A stretch of 64,000 bases of DNA, taken from contig CM059438.1 of the NCBI GenBank assembly GCA_030390025.1, forward strand, positions 70,186,001 through 70,250,000, in the 5' to 3' direction. Positions 60,666-64,000 of this stretch are shown here, one piece after another. The first letter of the stretch is position 1; the number at the start of each line of letters is the position of its first letter. A program made the position numbers and the translations under genes. The notes below the pieces were generated by a model. The model searched no databases and was not told the DNA's origin. It saw only the letters and a list, made by a program, of their open reading frames with translations. The stretch comes from Squalus acanthias (taxonomy: Eukaryota).

Positions 60666-62606
60666 AAAAGAAAAGCATATAAAAATGCAAAAAATAGCAC
60701 AGATCCTGGAGAATGGGAAAGATACAAAGAACAGCAAAGGGTCACAGAACAGGTAGTAAGATCTACAAAAAGGGAGCATGAAAAGAAACTTGCAAGGCAT
60801 ATCAGAATCAATACCAAGAATTTTTACAATTACATTAGGAAAAAGAGGATAGTCAGGAGCAATGTTGGCTGCTTAAAAACTGAAATAGGTGATATTGTCA
60901 ATGATAATAAGAAAATGGCGGACATGTTGAATAATTACTTAGCGTCAGTATTTACAGTAGAAGAAGAGGATAGCATGCCGGAAATCCCAAGGAAACTAAT
61001 ATTGAATCGGGGACAGGGACTCAGTAAAATAACAGTAATGAAGAAAATAATGGCACTAAAGAGTGATAAATCTCCAGGACGAGATGGTTTCCATCCCAGG
61101 GTTTTAAAGGAAGTAGGTGAACACATTGCAGATGCCCTAACTATAATTTTCCAAAGTTCTCTCAATTCAGGAACTGTTCCTTTAGATTGGAAAATTGCGC
61201 ATGTCACTCCGCTATTTAAGAATGGCGAGCGAGGGAGCCAGGGAATTATAAACCAGTTAGCCTAACATCTGTTGTCGGGAAATTGCTAGAGTCTATAAAT
61301 AAGGATAGGGTGACTGAACACCTCGAAAGTTTTCAGTTGATCAGAGAGAGCCAGCATGGATTTGTGAAAGGTAGGTCATGCCTGACAAACCTGATTGAAT
61401 TTTTTGAAGAGGTGACTAAAGTAGTGGACAATGGGGGAATATGTATGGATGTTACTTATATGGACTTCCAGAAGGCATTTGATAAAGTCCCACATAAGAG
61501 ACTGTTATCTAAGGTAGAAGCCCACAGAATTGAGGGCAAATTATTGACCTGGTTAGGAAATTGGCTGAGCGGCAGGAGACAGAGAGTAGGGATAATGGGC
61601 AGGTACTCAAATTGGCAGAATGTGACTAGTGGTGTCCCGCAGGTATCTGTGTTGGGGCCTCAACTGTTCACAATATTTATTAACGACTTAGATGATGGCA
61701 TAGAAAGTCATATATCAAAATTTGCTGATGACACAAAGTTAGGCGGCATTGTAGGCAGTGTAGATGAAAGCATAAAATTACAGAATGGGCAAAACTGTGG
61801 CAAATGGATTTCAATGTAAGCAAATGTGAGGTCATCCACTTTGGACCTAAAAAGGATAGAACAGGATACTTTCTAAATGGTGAAAAGCTAAAAACAGTGT
61901 AGGTCCAAAGAGACATTGGGATCCAGGTACATAGATCATTAAAATGTCATGAACAGGTACAGAAAATATTCAAAAAAGCTAATGAATGCTGGCCTTTATA
62001 TCTAGAGGACTAGAATACAAGGGGGTAGAAGTTATGCTGCAGCTATACAAAACCCTGGTTAGACCACACCTGGAATACTGTGAGCAGTTCTGGGCATCCT
62101 TCTAGGTAGGATGTATTGGCCTTGGAGTGAGTGCAGCGTAGGTTTACCAGAATGATACCCGGACTTCAAGGGTTAAGTTACAGGGAGAGAGTAGGGTTGT
62201 ATTCCCTGGAATTTAGAAGGTTAAGGGGTGATCTGATCTAAGTTTTCAAGATATTAAGGGGAACAGATAGGGTAGATAGAGAGAAACTATTTCCGCTGGT
62301 TGGGGATTCTAGGACTAGGGGCATAGTCTAAAAATTAGAACCAGAGCTTTCAGGAGTGAAATTAGGAAACACTTCTGTGCACAAAGGGTGGTAGAAGTTT
62401 GGAACTCTCTTCCACAAACGGCAATTGATGCTAGATCAATTGTTAATTTTAAATCTGAGATTGATAGCTTTGTGTTAGCGAAAGGTATTAAGGGATATGG
62501 GCCAAAGGCGGGTATATGGAGTTAGGTTGCAGATCAGTCATGATCTCATTGAATGGTGGAACAGGCTCGAGGGGCTGAATGGCCTGCTCCTGTTCCTATG
62601 TTCCTA
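60666..62606 (+). mobile_element. CR1 fragment, same subfamily as 1793-4546
   Basis: ORFs 60624-61265 and 61283-61819 are nearly identical in peptide to 3166-3957 and 2069-3148. Confidence 0.95.
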
Positions 62607-62639
62607 GTGCCCTTGGACTGGGAAGAGGCCATATCGGGC

Positions 62640-62880
62640 AAGCTTTCCACTCCTGAATGCTACCACAAAGTGCAGATGATGTTAGTGGATGCTAGGTACG
62701 AACAGGATTGCACTCAGCCGATAAGAGTCATAATAACCTGCTGAAGGCCACTGTCTCAGTTCACACGTGAAGAATACTCACTTGGGCGAGATAACAGAGG
62801 GCTGCTAGCATTCATGGAACCGCTCCACAGCAAGAGTCACTGCCTTCAAGAGAGATGTGGAGATAATGGAGAAAAAAAGA
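62640..62880 (+). mobile_element. Old degenerate SINE-like repeat (related pieces at ~25310-25790 -, ~42690-42990 +, ~44265-44475 -, ~48540-48720 -, ~56850-56945 +)
   Basis: catggaac...ccttcaagagag resembles the reverse complement of 48540-48640. Similarity judged by eye only. Confidence 0.45.
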
Positions 62881-64000
62881 CTAAAATATATTTTAAAGAT
62901 GTACAATTATCTGGTGAAGCAGCTTATAAAATAGTTTAACAAGTTAATGGATTGGAGGAGTGTGCACTGACCTCACAAAGCCAGAAAAGGTTTTGCAGAA
63001 GTTTGTGCAGAAGCAGATACAACTTTTGGGGGAATTGCCGCAGCCAATGTGATTATATTTTAACAGGGATTTAGGGGTAGGCCCTTCCCAGCTGCTTTGC
63101 GAGGATAGCCACTGTTCTCCGGCGACAAAAATTCATTCAAAGTCCACTTGCTTCATTGCAGTATATTGTAGCTGATCTCAAGTTCATATCTGGGGGATAG
63201 AGGCGAAGGAAAGCTGAGTGAATTGATGGCATAGTTATTGGTCTCACTGAATGTAGTGGCAAGCGTTGCGGAGAATCACCAGTGAATAATAATGTGAGGC
63301 GCTGAGCTTCATTTCAGCACCTGTGAGTAATGGACGTCTTTCCCATTTGTGAAATAGCTCTCATAAATCATCGGGAGAGTGAAATTTTTAATATTTTTGT
63401 GTTTCTGTTTTTGAAATAAAATCAGAAGTGAGCTTGTAACTCATTGGGTACTGAATACCCTGGCGAGTCTGAAAAGCACAACCCTATATTTTATTAACTT
63501 GAAGAATTTTACCTGAGAAGTTTAAGAAACTGATTATTATGAGAGAATGAAGAAAAGGAGGAGGAACACTTCCCCTGTGCACTTAATGCAGCGAAAACTA
63601 GTTTATGAACAACAGGTTCACAATTCCTCTACACCTTGCAAAAAAATCACAAAGACATTCTAGTGACCAGAGGAGTGCTTACACCGTTGTTGGGGTGTAA
63701 GTAACACATTCACAATTCCTTGTGCAACAGACGTCGCAAAAGTGTTGCCGACCATTTATTCGGATCTGTATCTTAAGCACGGTTCTTTGAGACCGTGTCT
63801 ACGATTCCACTGGAAAAACACAAAGGAGAAAACTTTCACAAATGCATTGATGATACTGTTACACATGAGGGTAAGTTCACTGATCCTGTGCTCCCAGCAG
63901 GGAAACAGACTCGGAGAGAATCGTGGGTCGGAGAATCGATGCTATCACTTTTTGTACCTCCATCTCCATTCCACGGTCCCTTCAAGCACAGCTGGGATCG

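Noticed and set aside
63778..63875. Possible small exon ending GAGG|gtaagt
   Set aside because: Weak acceptor, and the peptide is unrelated to ASTN2.
43592..64000. Next ASTN2 exon (ENNFIKDFPQL...) or nested TRIM32
   Set aside because: No matching peptide found by eye; both probably lie outside the window. A tBLASTn search would confirm. The preceding exon was likewise not found in 1-39845.

Overview
Repeat-rich vertebrate genomic DNA, most likely a cartilaginous fish judging by the CR1/SINE/Penelope repertoire (inference). The window lies inside astrotactin-2 (ASTN2, + strand). Only two coding exons are recognisable (39846-40012 and 43403-43591); the rest is intron filled with mobile elements. 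These include CR1 LINEs, among them one near-intact two-ORF copy at ~11.9-16.1 kb with a single nonsense codon. Also present are L2, RTE and RTE-X-like fragments, tRNA-derived SINEs, a hAT/Charlie-like element with a perfect 8-bp TSD, several CpG-rich MITE families with 3-bp TSDs (PIF/Harbinger-like), a 37-bp minisatellite, and two Penelope-like (GIY-YIG) families carrying minimal hammerhead ribozyme motifs. Top leads: (1) a U_UUA_AAC slippery heptamer at the CR1 ORF1 stop that would shift ribosomes -1 into an open frame continuous with ORF2; (2) a TSD-flanked 418-bp fold-back Penelope insertion with a hammerhead on each strand; (3) eight hammerhead motifs in ASTN2 introns; (4) long inverted CR1 pairs bracketing the two exons, a candidate circRNA configuration. 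All identifications are by eye and from memory; no searches were run.
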